From: an uncultured Actinomycetes bacterium
GTDB lineage: Bacteria; Actinomycetota; Thermoleophilia; Gaiellales; Gaiellaceae
Reading direction: 5' to 3'
DNA: 64,000 bases
NCBI GenBank assembly: GCA_963779895.1
Contig: CAWAAD010000004.1
Coordinates: 201,543 to 265,542, forward strand
The notes beneath the pieces are model-generated. The model worked only from the letters and a program-made list of their open reading frames with translations, made no database searches and was not told the origin of the DNA. The first letter of the stretch is position 1, and the number at the start of each line of letters is the position of its first letter. Both the position numbers and the translations under genes were made by a program. Below are positions 24,405 through 37,465 of the stretch, piece after piece.

Positions 24405-24481
24405 CTGAGCGATGACCTCCGTTGTCAACTATGCCAACTGCAGCCACGGTAGCAGGGGTGCGACGCCGTTGTCAAATCCGG

Positions 24482-25285
24482 CTACAGGGAGTCGCGGTAC
24501 AGCCTGTTCCGGGCGACTCCGGTTAGCCGCGCGACGACGTCCGCCGCCCGGCGCCTCGGGACTCCCGCGGCGACGAGCTCGGCGACCGCGGCCGCGGCGG
24601 CCGTCTCGTCGGGCGCCTCAGGCTCCCCGGCTCCGAGGACGAGCGTGATCTCACCCTTGACCTCGCCCCTGAAGCGGCCCGCGAGCTCGGAGAGCGACCC
24701 GGCCGCGACCTCCTCGAAGCGCTTCGTCAGCTCCCGGCAGACCGCGGCAGGCCGGTCCGGGAGCACGCGCGCGAGCAGCTCGAGCGTTCCAGGCAGGCGC
24801 TGCGGCGACTCGAACGCGACGACCGCCCACGGCCGGCCCGCGAGCTCCTCCGCCAGCGCGAGCAGCGCCGGCTCGCCACGCGGCAGATAGCCGAGGAACT
24901 GGTAGCCGCCCCCCGCGAGGCCGCCGGCGACGAGAGCAGTCTCGACGGCGGACGCCCCGGGCAGGACGGTCACGGGCAGGCCGGCATCGAGCGCCGCGCG
25001 GATCAGCCGCGTGCCCGGATCGGAGATCCCCGGCAGGCCCGAGTCGCTCACCAGCGCGATCCGTTCGCCGGCCTCGAGCCGCGGCAGCAGCTCGGCCGTC
25101 CGCCGCGCCTCGTTGTGCCGGTGGTACGAAAGGAGCCGCGCGCGGATGCCGTGCCGCTGGAGCAGCTTCCGCGTCTGGCGGGTGTCCTCGCAGAGGACGA
25201 CGTCCGCCTCGGCGAGCTGGCGCAGGACGCGCAGCGTGACGTCCTCGAGATTCCCGATCGGCGTCGCGCAGACCGCGAGCGGCAC
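24482..25285 (-). CDS. rsmI: 16S rRNA (cytidine1402-2'-O)-methyltransferase
   Basis: PLAVCATPIGNLEDVTLR, LCEDTR, SDSGLPGISDPG, ELTKRFEE. Confidence 0.9.
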   Translation of the reverse strand: MPLAVCATPIGNLEDVTLRVLRQLAEADVVLCEDTRQTRKLLQRHGIRARLLSYHRHNEARRTAELLPRLEAGERIALVSDSGLPGISDPGTRLIRAALDAGLPVTVLPGASAVETALVAGGLAGGGYQFLGYLPRGEPALLALAEELAGRPWAVVAFESPQRLPGTLELLARVLPDRPAAVCRELTKRFEEVAAGSLSELAGRFRGEVKGEITLVLGAGEPEAPDETAAAAAVAELVAAGVPRRRAADVVARLTGVARNRLYRDSL

Positions 25286-25290
25286 GGCGG

Positions 25291-26218
25291 CTACTCGGCC
25301 TGCTCGAGCGCCTCGAAAGCGACCATTCCCGCGCCGATCACGCCGGCCTTGACGCCGAGCTGGGCCTCGACGATCTTGACCGCGTCGCGCGCCGGCGCCA
25401 GGCCGTCGCGCGCCAGCACTTCCCTGGCCGGCCCGAGCAGGAGCTCTCCGGCCGCCGCGAAGCCGCCCCCGACCACGACCAGCTCGGGCTCGAAGACGTT
25501 CACGAAGCTCGCGATCCCGGCCCCGAGCCGGCGGCCGATCTCCGCAAGCGCCTCGACCGCTTGAGCGTTCCCGGCCCGGGCCTCCTGGACGAGATCGAAT
25601 GCCGTTGCGCCGGCGCCGAGCAGCTGGCTCGCCGCGGCGTCCCCTGCGGGCCCCGCCGCGAAGGTCTCGAGATGACCGCGACCCCCGCAGCCGCACGCGG
25701 GACCCTCGTAGTCGATGACGACGTGGCCGAGCTCCGCCCCGGTGCCGGTGGCGCCGCGATACGGCCGCCCGTCGAGGATCAGGCCCCCGCCGACGCCGGT
25801 CCCGAGCGTCAGCATCACGACGTACCGGGCGCCGCGAGCCGCGCCCGCCTGCCACTCGGCGATCGCGGCCGCGTTGGCGTCGTTGTCGATTCCGACCGGG
25901 AGGCCGTGCCGCTCCCGCATCTTCTCGCGGAAGTCGACCCCTGCGAGCGGGATGTTGACCGAGGCGACGGCCCGACCAGCGCGCTGGTCGATCCGTGACG
26001 GGAGCCCGAAGCCGAGGGCTGCGATCTCCCGCCCGGCGCGGAGCTCTCGCACCAGCCCGTCGAGCTGGGAGAGCAGCGCCTCCTGCGAGGAGCGCTCGCG
26101 TCGTCACGGGTCGAGCTCCGCCTCGATCGTGCCGTCGCGGAGCACGACGGCCGCCAGGGTCTTCGTCCCGCCGCACGTCGACGCCGATGACCCGCTCCTC
26201 CAAGGCGAGGGGTACCAT
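25291..26218 (-). CDS. ROK-family sugar kinase (glucokinase-like), N-terminus frame-disrupted
   Basis: IGVDV(GGTKT) at the N-terminus is split by a 1-nt slip. ORF 25291-26052 carries GIDNDANAAA, LTLGTGVGGG and the ROK zinc motif GHVVIDYEGPACGCGGRGHLE. Confidence 0.88.
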
Positions 26219-26228
26219 ACGCCGCCGG

Positions 26229-27418
26229 ATGGCGTCGCCCGGCGGAGAGAAGCCGTATCGCCTCTACCGCGGCGGACGCGTCAAGGGACGGGTCCCGACA
26301 ACGGCGCCGCCGCGGAGGCCGCCTCCACGCGCGCCACGCGACGGCCGGGACGGCAAGGGCCGCTCCCGGGGCCAGCACCCGCGACCGGCCCGGCGCCCAG
26401 CCCCTCATATCCGCTGGGGACGGCAGATCACGATCGCGCTCGTGCTCGTGCTGCTGTCTTCGTCGTCTGGGGCCTGCTCGGCTACCTCGCCTTCCGCGGC
26501 GGGGTCTCGTCGGCGAACAAGCGCCTGCCGAGGGCGACGCGGACGGCTCTGGCGCCCGACAAGGGCTCGCCCCTCGGCAACCCGACCACCATCCTCCTGC
26601 TCGGCACCGACCATTCGCTCGCGGTCTCGCGCTCCGGCGACCGGCACTCGGACTCGATCACGCTGCTGCGGACGGATCCCGCACACAACCGGCTCGACTA
26701 CCTCTCGATCCCGCGCGACCTCCGTGTCGAGATCCCGGACTACGGCCCGGCGAAGATCAACACCTCCTTCCAGGTCGGCGGGCCGCGGCTCGCGATCCGG
26801 ACGGTCGCCTCCTACACCGACATCCCGGTCAACCACGTGATCGTCGTCAACTTCGCGGATTTCCGCGACCTGATCGACAAGGTCGGCGGCGTCGACGTCG
26901 TCGTGACACGCCCGATCCTCTCGAAGTTCGACTGCCCGTATGCCTCGCCCGTCCGCTGCTCGCGCTGGCCCGGGTGGCATTTCCGAAGGGCGCGCAGCAC
27001 CTGGACGGGCGGCGGGCGCTGATCTACTCGCGCGTCCGCAAGAACCTGCTCGACCCCAGCGAGAGCGATATCACCCGCGGGGAACGCAACCAGCAGGTGC
27101 TCCAGGCCGTCGGTGAGCAAGCTCGCGGGCCTCGGCACCTTCCTCCGGATGCCGTTCATCGGCGGCGGCCTTCTGAAGCCGCTCGCAACCGACCTCTCGG
27201 CCAATCAGTTCATCGAGCTCGGCTGGAACAAGTTCCGAGCCGGCCGCACGATCCACTGCCGGCTCGGCGGGATCTCGACCGGCGGGGACATCACGCCGAG
27301 TGAGGACAACGCCAAGGTGATCCTGATGGTGCTCGGGCGCTCGGCCGTTCAGCCGCCCGCTCCGTCCGGCGACACGTACCCGCCCGGCTGCCTGATCGGC
27401 AACCGGCCGCCCGGCTAG
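26229..27418 (+). CDS. LytR/CpsA/Psr (LCP) family cell-envelope phosphotransferase (frame-disrupted)
   Basis: The cytoplasmic N-terminus MASPGGEKPYRLYRGG is followed by a TM. ILLLGTDH...RSDSITLLRTDP, INTSFQVGGP, NHVIVVNFADFRDLID (ORF 25715-27022). ALIYSRVRKN...DITRGERNQQVL (ORF 26974-27303). The tail is in ORF 27113-27418. Confidence 0.88.
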
Positions 27419-27687
27419 CTTTCCGCGGTCTTCTCCTTCGTCTCCTTTTTCTCGGGCTTGTCCGTCTTCTGGTCGCCGCCGTCCTTCGACTCCTCGCGCT
27501 TGCGCTTGCTGCGGCCGTAGTCGGTCGAGTAGAAGCCGGAGCCCTTGAAGTGGACGGCCACGGGATAGAGCACGCGTTCGACCGGGCCCTCGCCGCAGGT
27601 CTCGCAGACGTCGGGCGCGGGCTCGCCCATCCGCTGGAAGAGCTCGAACAGGTGCCCGTTGGGGCAGCGGTACTCGTAGATCGGCAT
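27415..27687 (-). CDS. FmdB-family zinc-ribbon protein
   Basis: MPIYEYRCPNGHLFE...CETCG...FKGSGFY with a Lys/Glu-rich tail. Start ATG at 27687. Confidence 0.85.
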   Translation of the reverse strand: MPIYEYRCPNGHLFELFQRMGEPAPDVCETCGEGPVERVLYPVAVHFKGSGFYSTDYGRSKRKREESKDGGDQKTDKPEKKETKEKTAES

Positions 27688-27760
27688 TCGTCCTAAGGAT
27701 AGTGCGGGGGGTGGCTGAGCTCCTGACGCGATGGGCGCTCGTTCCCGGGGGTTCATTGCG

Positions 27761-27955
27761 TCAGGAGCTCGAAGGCCTGCGCTCGCGCTCCAGCGTCTCG
27801 CGGTGGCAGGGCGCGTCCTCGAAGGCGGCGAGACCCGGGGGAGTCTGGCGGGCACGGGGGCGCTTGCGGCCCACGGCCGCGAGCACCGCCGAGGCGCCGA
27901 CGAGCCCGCCCAGCAGGAACGAGCGCGCTCGTTTGGCCCTCGTTTCCCGCTCCAT
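27761..27955 (-). CDS. Small membrane-anchored hypothetical protein
   Basis: A 64-aa sub-ORF (MERETRAKRARSFLLGGLVGASAVLAAVGRKRP...) fills an otherwise empty 275-nt gap and has a single TM. Weak support. Confidence 0.3.
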   Translation of the reverse strand: MERETRAKRARSFLLGGLVGASAVLAAVGRKRPRARQTPPGLAAFEDAPCHRETLERERRPSSS

Positions 27956-27964
27956 GCCACGATT

Positions 27965-28861
27965 GTGCCTGTGCTGGTGACGCTGGGCGACCTGCTCCTG
28001 GACGTGATCGTGCGCGCGCCTGGCGGCGTAGGCTCGACGGAGCCGCCCAGGAGCGGAGGCCGCGGCTCCGCCGTGGCCGGGAGCGGGATCCACGCGCTGG
28101 CCTCGGGCGCGGACACTCCGGCGGAGACGCGGATCGCTTCCGGCGGGCAGGCTGCGAACGTGGCCGCGTGGGCGGCGGAGCTCGGCGGGAGCGCACGATT
28201 CGTCGGCAAGCAGGCGGACGACGCGGCCGGAGCGCTCGTGCGCTCGCTCCTGGAGCGGCGTGGCGTGGAGCTCGCCGGCCCGCGAGTCGAGGGCAGGACC
28301 GGGGTCGTCGTGGCGTTCGTCGGCCCGGAGGGGGAGCGCTCGATGGCGACCGACCGCGGAGTGGCGCCGGATCTGCGCTCGGACGAGCTCGAGCCGGGCT
28401 GGTTCGCGGACTGCGACTGGCTTCACCTCTCCGGCTACTCGCTGCTCGCCGAGCCGATCGCGCAGGCGGCGCTCGAGGCGGTGCGGCTCGCCCGCGCACA
28501 CGACGCTCAGGTCAGCGTCGACCTTTCCTCGTGGAGCGCGATCCGCGACTACGGGCCGGCGCTGTTCCGGTCACGGCTCGAGGAGCTCTGCGCGGACGTC
28601 CTGTTCGCCAACGAGCCGGAATGGGAGCTTGTCGGCGGCGCCTACGCGCTGGCGGGGACGGCGGTCGTCAAGCGCGGCTCGCGCGGCGTCACGGTCTACG
28701 GGGAACGAGGGGCCGGGGAGTATCCGGCCCCGGCCGCGGAGGTGGTCGACACGACCGGCGCCGGCGACGCCCTTGCGGCCGGGTTTGTCGTGGGCGGGAT
28801 CGAGCTCGGCCTCGAGGCCGCCGCCCGCTGCGTCGGCCGGCTCGGGGCGGTGCCGGTGTGA
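27965..28861 (+). CDS. psuK: PfkB-family carbohydrate kinase, likely pseudouridine kinase
   Basis: VLVTLGDLLLDV at the N-terminus (GTG 27965) and the DTTGAGDA anion-hole motif. The stop overlaps the psuG start (GTGTGA), which implies coupling with the pseudouridine-5'-phosphate glycosidase. Confidence 0.75.
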   Translation: MPVLVTLGDLLLDVIVRAPGGVGSTEPPRSGGRGSAVAGSGIHALASGADTPAETRIASGGQAANVAAWAAELGGSARFVGKQADDAAGALVRSLLERRGVELAGPRVEGRTGVVVAFVGPEGERSMATDRGVAPDLRSDELEPGWFADCDWLHLSGYSLLAEPIAQAALEAVRLARAHDAQVSVDLSSWSAIRDYGPALFRSRLEELCADVLFANEPEWELVGGAYALAGTAVVKRGSRGVTVYGERGAGEYPAPAAEVVDTTGAGDALAAGFVVGGIELGLEAAARCVGRLGAVPV

Positions 28862-29756
28862 CCGAACTGTTCCGAATCGCGCCGGAACTGCAACAAAGCC
28901 TCCAGAACGGGGCTCCCGTCGTCGCGCTCGAGACTACGCTGATCGCCCACGGGTTCCCTCCCAGGGTGGGGGTGGAGGTGGGGCTCGCCGCCGAGGCGGC
29001 GGTCCGCGCCGAAGGCGCCGTGCCCGCGACGATCGGCGTCCTCGACGGCGCGATCGCGGTCGGGCTCGGCGAGGACGATCTGGCGCGCTTCGGAGAGGCC
29101 GGCCCGAGGCCCGCAAGGCAGGCCCGCGCGACCTCGCAGCGTGCGCCGCTCAGGGCGCTCTCGGCGCGACGACGGTCGGCGGAACGCTCGCCGTCTGCCG
29201 CCGTGTCGGGATCCGCTTCATGGGCACAGGCGGGATCGGCGGCGTCCATCGAGGATTCGCGGAACGTCCCGACGTCTCGGCCGACCTGACCGAGCTCGCC
29301 CGAACGCCGGCGCTCGTCGTCGGCTCCGGCGCCAAGTCGCTGCTCGACGTGCCCGCGACCGCCGAGGCGCTCGAGACGCTCGGCGTGCCGGTGCTCGGCT
29401 ACCGCACCGACGAGCTTCCGCTCTTCTACGCAGCGGTGGGCGGGCCGCCGGTCTCTGCGCGTGTCGAGTCGCCCGAGGAGGCGGCGCGTATCGCCCGCGC
29501 ACACTGGGAGCTCGGCAGTGCCGGCCTCCTGCTCGGGAACCCGCCCGAGAACGGCGTCGACGTCGAGCCGCTGCTCGAGGAGGCGCTGAGCGCGGCCGCG
29601 ACCGAGAACGTGACCGGCCAGGCTCTCACGCCGTTCGTGCTCGCGTTCCTGCACGAGCGCAGCGGCGGCCGCACGCTGGAGGTGAACCGCGAGCTGATCG
29701 TCGCAAACGCGGGCCTCGCCGCCCGCGTCGCCGTCGCGTTCAGGCGAGCGAGCTGA
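28858..29756 (+). CDS. psuG: Pseudouridine-5'-phosphate glycosidase (one frame slip ~29100)
   Basis: PVVALETTLIAHG, ATIGVLDG (frame of 28168-29289). TTVGGTLAVC, GTGGIGGVHRG, SADLTEL (ORF 28260-29756). Confidence 0.9.
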
Positions 29757-30024
29757 GGAACTCGTCGATCGAGAGGGCAGTCAGCGTCTGCAGCTTCGCG
29801 CTACCGCGCGCGCCGAGCGCGACCGACACGCGGGCGATGGTCTCCGCGTCCGGAGCCTCGACCACGTTGATGAAGTCGAACGGCCCCAGCGTCGCCCACT
29901 GGTGCAGGACCTTCGCGCCCAGCTCCTCGACGTCACGGTTCACCTCGCGCAGCCGGTCGGGGTTCGCCTTCAGGGTCTGGACGCCCTGGGCGGTCAGGCT
30001 CGAGAGCATGATGTAGGTCGGCAT
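29740..30024 (-). CDS. GYD-domain protein
   Basis: Intact 94-aa ORF: MPTYIMLSSLTAQGVQTLKANPDR...TLGPFDFINVVEAPDAETIARVS. RBS GAGGAGGAGCG. Confidence 0.8.
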   Translation of the reverse strand: MPTYIMLSSLTAQGVQTLKANPDRLREVNRDVEELGAKVLHQWATLGPFDFINVVEAPDAETIARVSVALGARGSAKLQTLTALSIDEFLSSLA

Positions 30025-30712
30025 CGCTCCTCCTCGGTCGGGGGCCCGACTCTAACCGCGCCGCCTGGTCGAAGTAGAGCAGGGCGGCGCCGAGCACCAC
30101 GACCGGCCAGAGCACTCCCTCCGCGATGGGCCGCGCGATCTCCGCCGCCTGTCCGCTGCCCGCGTTCAGCGCCAGAGCCATGACGCGAGAGCTGAGGTAG
30201 AACGCGATCGCCAGGGTCGCCATCGACCCCAGCGAGTGGACGTAGTCGGCTCGCGCGAGCGCGTAGCCGCGCCGCAGGGAACGGACGACACCCTCGCCTT
30301 CGATCGTCGCGGCGGGGACGGCGAGGCCAAGCAGCGCCAGCCATGCGACGGCCGGAAGGATGTAGGCGAGGACGAGCAACGGAACCGGCAGGAAGACGAG
30401 CAGGCCGGCCGCGGAAGCCGTGAGGAGCCGCCTCCGGGGAATCGGGTGCCCGGCCGCGAGCACCGAGGCGCCGACGAACGACAGCGTGAGCAGCACCGAA
30501 CCGGCCGCCACGCTGACGATCGCTTTCGCCGCCCCGTCTAGGGTCAGCAGCAGCAGGCCCAGCAACCCGATCGGAGCACCGAGGCCGAACGCGGGCCAGA
30601 ACCGCCGCCCGTACAGGCGAATCGCCTCCGCGACGAGCTGCCCGACGGTCCGGGTCTCCGGCGGCAGCGGGGGCGGCAGTGGCTCCCGCTTGCGCGCACC
30701 CGTCCTCGCCAT
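29933..30712 (-). CDS. Polytopic membrane protein of unknown function
   Basis: A 259-aa ORF with 5-6 TM helices. As written it overlaps the GYD gene by ~90 nt. An alternative frame gives a stop at ~30052, so the 3' end is uncertain. Confidence 0.55.
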   Translation of the reverse strand: MARTGARKREPLPPPLPPETRTVGQLVAEAIRLYGRRFWPAFGLGAPIGLLGLLLLTLDGAAKAIVSVAAGSVLLTLSFVGASVLAAGHPIPRRRLLTASAAGLLVFLPVPLLVLAYILPAVAWLALLGLAVPAATIEGEGVVRSLRRGYALARADYVHSLGSMATLAIAFYLSSRVMALALNAGSGQAAEIARPIAEGVLWPVVVLGAALLYFDQAARLESGPRPRRSDADLHHALEPDRPGRPDPEGEPRPAARGEP

Positions 30713-30739
30713 CGCGCAACCGTACAGCCGAGGACGGGG

Positions 30740-30928
30740 CTACGCGGCGCGGCGAAACGGGAAAAGCCGGCGCAGGCGCCGGCGCCGGTGTTCGCGCTGC
30801 TCGCGCTCGGTGCGCTCGCGCGCCTCTTGCCTGACCAGACTTTCCATCAGCCGCTCGCGTGAGTTGGCGATCGCATCCCGAACGCGCTGCCAGTCCTCAG
30901 GCGTCGGCTCGATCTTCTTCTTCGCCAT
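30740..30928 (-). CDS. Small basic hypothetical protein
   Basis: MAKKKIEPTPEDWQRVRDAIANSRERLMESLVRQEARERTEREQ... is helical and charged. It may continue upstream (to ~31050) if a frame slip is present. Confidence 0.3.
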   Translation of the reverse strand: MAKKKIEPTPEDWQRVRDAIANSRERLMESLVRQEARERTEREQREHRRRRLRRLFPFRRAA

Positions 30929-31105
30929 TCTCGCCTCCAAGCAGCTCGATGATCAGCTCCAGCTTAGCGTCCATGCCCATTACGAAACCGCTGAGCTCTC
31001 GGACGCGCGCGACCAGCTCGAGCAGCTCTGACGAGGGCTCGCGTCTGCGCCGCACGATGCAATGGTCACGGTGACGGTGCTGCAGCGCAAGATGTCCGAC
31101 TCGGA

Positions 31106-33554
<2,449 letters not shown>

Positions 33555-33573
<19 letters not shown>

Positions 33574-33932
33574 CTGCGCTCCGGAAGTCGTGCGGGGTCG
33601 TAGAGAACGAGGTCGCGGCGGTACTGCTTGTGCACCTGGTCGATGGCCTCGCGCATCTCGCGCTCGAGGCGTTCCATACGCGCCTGCATGCGTCTGAGCT
33701 GGTCCTCGAGGTCGAGCACGGCCTCGACGCCCGCGAGGTTGAGCCCCAGCTGCGTCGTCAGCCTCTGGATCAGCCGTAGCCGCTCGAGGTCCGCCTCGGA
33801 GTACAGACGCGTGTTCCCGGCCGTTCGCCTCGGCTGCACGAGGCCCTTCTGCTCGTACATCCGCAGGGTCTGGGGGTGCATCCCGACGAGCTCGGCGGCG
33901 ACGGAGATCATGTAGCGCGGCCGCTCGTCCAT
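33555..33932 (-). CDS. hspR: MerR-family heat-shock repressor HspR
   Basis: [49 protein letters not shown]. It occupies the fourth position of the dnaK-grpE-dnaJ-hspR operon. ATGA overlap with the dnaJ stop. The 3' end overlaps the clpB start by 19 nt. Confidence 0.88.
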
Positions 33933-34999
33933 CAGGCTCCCGCCTTCTTCAGCTGCTCGAAGAGCTCGCGCTGCTTCTTGTTGAGCTTCGTCGGAACGGA
34001 GAGCTTCACTCGCGCGAGCAGGTCGCCGCGGCCGGAGCCCTTCAGTTTCGGGGCGCCCTTGCCCTTGACGCGGAGCATCGTGCCGTCGGTCGTGCCGGGC
34101 TTGATCTTGACGGTGACCGGCCCGTCCGGCGTCGGCACCTCGGCGTTCGCGCCCAGCGCCGCGTCGGAGAACGGCACCGGGACGTCGACCACCAGGTCGT
34201 CGCCCCGCCGCGTGAAGACCTTCGACGGTTCCACGCGCGTGACGACGAACAGATCGCCCGCCTCCGCGCCCCCGTAGCCCGCCTCGCCCTTGCCCCGCAG
34301 GCGGATCCGGGAGCCGTCCTTCACGCCGGCCGGGATCTTGACCGTGTAGCGCTTCGTCCGCCGCTCGCGGCCGATACCGTGGCAGCGCGGGCACGGATCC
34401 TCGATCACCGTGCCGTTCCCGCGGCAGCGCGGGCAGGGCTGCGACAGAGCGAACAGGCCCTGGCTCTCGGCCTTCACGCCGCGGCCGTGGCACTCCGGGC
34501 AGAGCGTCGGCGCGGTCCCCGGCTTCGCGCCCGAGCCGGCGCACTCGCGGCAGGCGGTCTCGAGCTCGACCGGGATCGTCGTCTCGACGCCGCGCAGCGA
34601 GTCCTCGAACGAGAGCCGCACCTCCACCTCGAGATCGCGCCCCGGCTGTCCGCGCTGCTGCTGCTGCCGGCCGGCGCGCCGGCCGAAGAGGCCGCTGAAG
34701 ATGTCGCCGAGGTCGCCGAGATCGCCGACGTCGAAGCCCTCGCCGAACGAGAACCCGCCGCCCGGCCCGGGCCGCCCGTTGGCCGCGCCGAAGCGGTCGT
34801 ACTGCTTGCGCTTCTCCGGGTCGGAGAGAACGTCGTAGGCCGTCTGCACCTCCTTGAAACGCTCCTCGGCGGCGGCGTCGCCCGGGTTCGCGTCCGGGTG
34901 GTGCTTGCGGGCGAGCTTGCGGTAGGCCTTCTTGATCTCGTCCTGGCTCGCGCCCTTCGAGACCCCGAGCGCCCCGTAGAGATCCTTAACGCTCGCCAT
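33932..34999 (-). CDS. dnaJ: Chaperone DnaJ
   Basis: Intact 355 aa. J domain with [10 protein letters not shown], a G/F region and four CxxCxGxG zinc-finger repeats ([32 protein letters not shown]). Confidence 0.95.
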   Translation of the reverse strand: MASVKDLYGALGVSKGASQDEIKKAYRKLARKHHPDANPGDAAAEERFKEVQTAYDVLSDPEKRKQYDRFGAANGRPGPGGGFSFGEGFDVGDLGDLGDIFSGLFGRRAGRQQQQRGQPGRDLEVEVRLSFEDSLRGVETTIPVELETACRECAGSGAKPGTAPTLCPECHGRGVKAESQGLFALSQPCPRCRGNGTVIEDPCPRCHGIGRERRTKRYTVKIPAGVKDGSRIRLRGKGEAGYGGAEAGDLFVVTRVEPSKVFTRRGDDLVVDVPVPFSDAALGANAEVPTPDGPVTVKIKPGTTDGTMLRVKGKGAPKLKGSGRGDLLARVKLSVPTKLNKKQRELFEQLKKAGA

Positions 35000-35488
35000 C
35001 GTCCTCCAGCGGTGCGGAGACGATCACGCGCGCGGGACGTACGACGTGCTCGCCGAGCCGGTAGCCCTTCTGCAGGACCTCGAGGACGGAGCCTTCCTCC
35101 GCGTCCGAGGGCTGTGAGAGCAGCGCCTCGTGGACGTGCGGGTCGAAGCGGCCGTTGGTCTCGATCTCGGCGAGGCCCTCGCGCTTGAGCGCGTCCCTCA
35201 GCGCACGGTGTACGAGCCGAACGCCCTCCTCGAGCTTCGCTTCCTCGTGCTCCTCGGCCGCCGCGAGCGCGCGCTCCAGGTCGTCGAGCACCGGCAGCAG
35301 CTCCTTGACCAGCCGCTCGTGGGCGCGCGCGACCAGGCCCTGCTGATCGCGCGCGACCCGCTTGCGGTAGTTCTCGAAGTCGGCCGCGACCCGCTTGAGG
35401 TCGTTCAGGTGCTCGTCCCGCTCGGCCTCGAGCGCCGCCAGCTTCTCCTCGAGCTCTGTCCGGGCTCTCCGCCCCGCCGTTCGGTCAT
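34986..35488 (-). CDS. grpE: Nucleotide exchange factor GrpE (slip near N-terminus)
   Basis: [33 protein letters not shown] (other frame) followed by ORF 34986-35291 ([11 protein letters not shown]...FDPHVHEAL). The ATG at 35488 overlaps the dnaK stop (TGATG). Confidence 0.9.
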
Positions 35489-37396
35489 CAGGAGGTCTTG
35501 GCCTCCTCGTCGACCACCTCGGCGTCCTCGATCACCTCGTCGTCGGACTCCGCGGCGCCGTCACCGTCGGCCGGGGAAGAGGCCTGCGCCTGAGCGGCCT
35601 GAGCGTAGACCGCCTCGGAGAGCTTCAGCGACGCCTCCTGCAGCGCGTCCGTCTTCGCCCGGATCTCGCCCAGGTCGTCGGTCTCGAGCGCCTGCCTGAG
35701 CTCCATCACACGGCCCTCGATCGTCGAGGCCTCGCTCTCGTCGAGCTTGTCGCGGTGGTCCTTGAGGCTCTTCTCGGTCGCGTAGGCGAGCGACTCGGCC
35801 TGGTTCTTCGCGTCCGCGAGCTCGCGCAGGCGGTGCGCCTCGTCGGCGTGCGCCTCGGCGTCGCTAGATCATCTGCTCGACCTCGTCGGGCTTCAGGCCC
35901 GAGCCGCCCTCGATCTTGATCTGCTGCTCGTTGCCGGTGCCGAGATCCTTGGCCGAGACGTTGATGATCCCGTTCGCGTCGATGTCGAAGGTGACCTCGA
36001 TCTGCGGCATGCCCCGCGGCGCCGGCGCGATGCCGACGAGCTGGAACTTGCCGAGCGTCTTGTTGTAGAGCGCCATCTCCGACTCGCCCTGGAGCACGTG
36101 CACCTCGACCGACGGCTGGTTGTCCTCCGCCGTCGAGAAGACCTCCGACTTCTTGGTCGGGATGGTCGTGTTGCGCTCGATCAGCTTGGTGAAGACGCCG
36201 CCCTTCGTCTCGATCCCGAGCGACAGGGGCGTGACGTCGAGAAGCAGGATGTCCTTGACCTCGCCCTTGAGCACGCCGCCCTGGATGGCCGCGCCGACGG
36301 CGACGACCTCGTCCGGGTTGACGCCCTTGTGCGGGTCCTTGCCGGTCAGCTCCTTGACCTTGTCGACGACGGCCGGCATGCGCGTCATGCCGCCGACGAG
36401 GACGACGTGGTCGATCTGCGAGGCGTCGAGCCCGGCGTCGGCCAGGCAGCGCTTGGTCGGCTCGACCGTGCGCTCGAGCAGCTCGGCGCTCAGCTCGTTC
36501 AGCTTCGCGCGTGTGAGCTGGAGGTCGAGGTGCTTCGGGCCCTCCTGCGTCGCGGTGACGAACGGCAGGTTGATCTGCGTCGTCATCGTCGAGGAGAGCT
36601 CGATCTTCGCCTTCTCGGCCGCCTCGTAGAGGCGCTGCAGGGCCATCCGGTCCTGCGAGAGGTCGATTCCCTGGTCCTTCTTGAACTCCGCGACCATCCA
36701 GTCGACGATCGCCTTGTCGAAGTTGTCGCCGCCGAGGTGGTTGTCGCCGTTGGTCGCCTTCACCTCGAAGACGCCCTCGCCGAGCTCGAGGATCGAGACG
36801 TCGAACGTCCCGCCGCCGAGGTCGAAGACGAGGATCGTGTGGTCGGAGGCCTCCTTGTCGAGACCGTACGCGAGCGCCGCGGCGGTCGGCTCGTTGATGA
36901 TCCGCAGGACGTTGAGCCCGGCGATCTTGCCGGCGTCCTTGGTCGCCTCGCGCTGCGCGTTGTTGAAGTAGGCGGGGACGGTGATGACCGCCTCGCCGAC
37001 CGTCTCGCCGAGGTACGCCTCGGCGTCTGCCTTGAGCTTCTGGAGGATCATCGCGCTGATCTCCGGCGGCGCGTACTCCTTGCCGCCCGCCTTGACGCGC
37101 ACGTCCCCGTTCTGGCCTTCCACGACCTCGTACGGGACGATCTTCATCTCCTCCGAGACCTCGCCGTACTTGCGCCCCATGAAGCGCTTGATCGAGAAGA
37201 TCGTGTTCTGCGAGTTCGTCACCTGCTGGCGCTTCGCCGGCGCCCCGACGAGCCGCTGGCCGTCGCTCGTGAACGCGACCACGGACGGGGTCGTGCGCCC
37301 GCCCTCCGCGTTCGGGATCACGGCCGGCTCGCCGCCCTCGATCACGGCCACACAGGAGTTGGTCGTGCCGAGGTCGATGCCGATAGTCTTTGCCAT
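35488..37396 (-). CDS. dnaK: Chaperone DnaK/Hsp70 (single slip ~35865 creating a TAG)
   Basis: [38 protein letters not shown] etc. in ORF 35864-38191. The C-terminal lid and tail ...[10 protein letters not shown] are in ORF 35488-35709. Confidence 0.97.
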
Positions 37397-37421
37397 AGTC
37401 GAAATCTCCTTTGCTTGCGTT

Positions 37422-37454
37422 CTTGGCTGAGAAAATCTAAGCGTCACTATATCA
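37422..37454 (-). promoter_or_regulatory. Candidate dnaK promoter (extended -10 TGATATAGT) with a degenerate HAIR-like inverted repeat
   Basis: AT-rich island 37397-37465 in a ~70% GC background. The minus strand reads TGATATAGT (37446-37454). Downstream is CTTAGAT-N6-AGCCAAG (37422-37441), which matches the HspR operator consensus CTTGAGT-N7-ACTCAAG only 4/7 + 5/7 and with the wrong spacer. Confidence 0.3.
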
Positions 37455-37465
37455 ACTCTCCAGAG

